Origin: Raja brachyura
Taxonomy: Eukaryota
DNA: 64,000 bases
Reading direction: 5' to 3'
Assembly: GCA_963514005.1 (NCBI GenBank)
Contig: OY740804.1
Coordinates: 5,456,001 to 5,520,000, forward strand
Part shown: positions 62,595-64,000 of the stretch, one piece after another
Numbering within the stretch: position 1 is the first letter of the stretch
Layout of the letters: every line of letters starts with the position of its first letter
Position numbers and translations under genes: made by a program
Notes under the pieces: generated by a model
Databases searched by the model: none
Seen by the model: the letters and a program-made list of their open reading frames with translations, nothing else
Told to the model about the DNA's origin: nothing

Positions 62595-64000
62595 CTGGAA
62601 AACACAATGTTAACATTGAAAGGAGCATGTCAGGGACATTTTTAATCAGCCATCTTGCTGCATATAGAGTAGGAAGGAACTGCAGATGCTGGTTTAAACT
62701 GAAGATGGACACAAAATGCTGGTGTAACTCAGTGGAACAGGCAGAACTCTGGAGAGAAGGAATTGATGACGTTTCAGGTTGAGACCCATCTTCAGACCGT
62801 TCTCTCCAGAGATGCCTGTCCCGCTGATTTACTCCAGCATCTTGAGTCTATCTTTGGTGTATAACCAGCATCTGCAGTTCCTTCCTACTCTTTGATTCAT
62901 GAGAACCACAGGGGCACCACAGGCCCAGTTCACCGCAAGCAGCACAATTCTGGTCAGGTTACTGCACTGAAAGTTCAAAAAGGATCAGATACAACCCTTC
63001 TTGATTAGTAGGGGCTTCCAAGTTTATGGGGAGATGGCAGGAGAATGGAGTTGAGAGGTAAAAAGTGAACACCCACGATTGATTAGCTCATTAATCAATA
63101 ACCCATCAATCTATGCTTTATATACTCAATGGCTTGATCTCCACAACTGTCTGTGACAATAAATTCCATGTGATTCACCACCCTCTGGCTAAAGAAATTC
63201 ATCCTCCACTCATTTCTATCATTCCACCTTTTTATCTGAGGCAATGCCCTCTGGTCCTAGTCTCTCTCACAGGTAGAACAAACCTCTCCACATCCGTTCT
63301 ATCTCATCCTTTCTATATTCCGTAAGTTTCAATGAGGTTCACCTCATCCTTCTAAACTCCAGTGAGTACAGGCCCAGTGCTGTATTTGACTAACTACAGC
63401 AGATTTTTGAGAAATCCTAATCCACACTTTCAAACACAACAGCTAATTTACTGAGATGTGTAGAAAGGAACTGCAGATGCTGACATTTACCGAAGATAGG
63501 CACAAAGTGCTGGAGTAACTCAGAATGAAGAAGGGTCCCAACCCGAAACTTCACTATTCCTTCTTCTCCAGAGATGCCACCTGACCTGTTTTTTACTCCA
63601 GCATTGTGTTTATCTAGCTAATTAGCCAAATTCCAGTTTTTGATAACTGGGAGGGTGGGGTGCAAGTAAATCTCACGTCTCCTCAACCTCTTCGTTCTAG
63701 TGCCATGGATCACGGACAAGTATTCACATACAAGGAATTTGCCTTGGTGCTCTGCCCGCAAGTGACAACGACAAACAGTGACAGTTAGGAATGACTGTTA
63801 AGAATGATAGTTTACACCAAAGATAGATACAAAGTAATAACTCAGTGGATCAGGCAGCATCTCTGGACGAAAAGGGTGGGTGACATTTCAGGCCGGGTCC
63901 CTTCTTCAGACTGGATAAGATTATTGTCGGACTAGAATAAAGAGATGGTTGATAATCAGCATGAAGTCGATGAGCCAAAGGGCCTGTTTCCGTGCTGTAT

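Overview
Repeat-rich vertebrate genomic DNA, most likely from a cartilaginous fish (skate/ray). This is inferred from tRNA-derived V-SINEs with CR1-type tails, abundant CR1 LINEs and Penelope-derived repeats. The unique sequence is a head-to-tail, minus-strand cluster of four spliced Ig V-set receptor genes of the CD300/pIgR/TREM-like (MDIR-type) family, assembled by hand from GT-AG sites and exon phases. Gene D (3' end only) has a cytoplasmic tail with ITIM/ITSM motifs. Gene C (complete, 191 aa) and gene B (complete, 164 aa) each have one V domain, an Arg-containing TM segment and no tail tyrosines. Gene A (5' end only) is a close paralogue of C. Together they form a paired inhibitory/activating receptor locus. 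Between and within the genes are two DIRS1-type tyrosine-recombinase retrotransposons with recognisable ITR/ICR ends, a solo LTR with an unusual 12-bp target duplication, a ~4.4-kb tandem duplication, nested CR1/Rex1 LINEs, L2 and RTE-X-like LINEs, a TIR element, and many Penelope-derived repeats carrying minimal hammerhead-ribozyme motifs. All alignments and counts were done by eye; no database searches were run.
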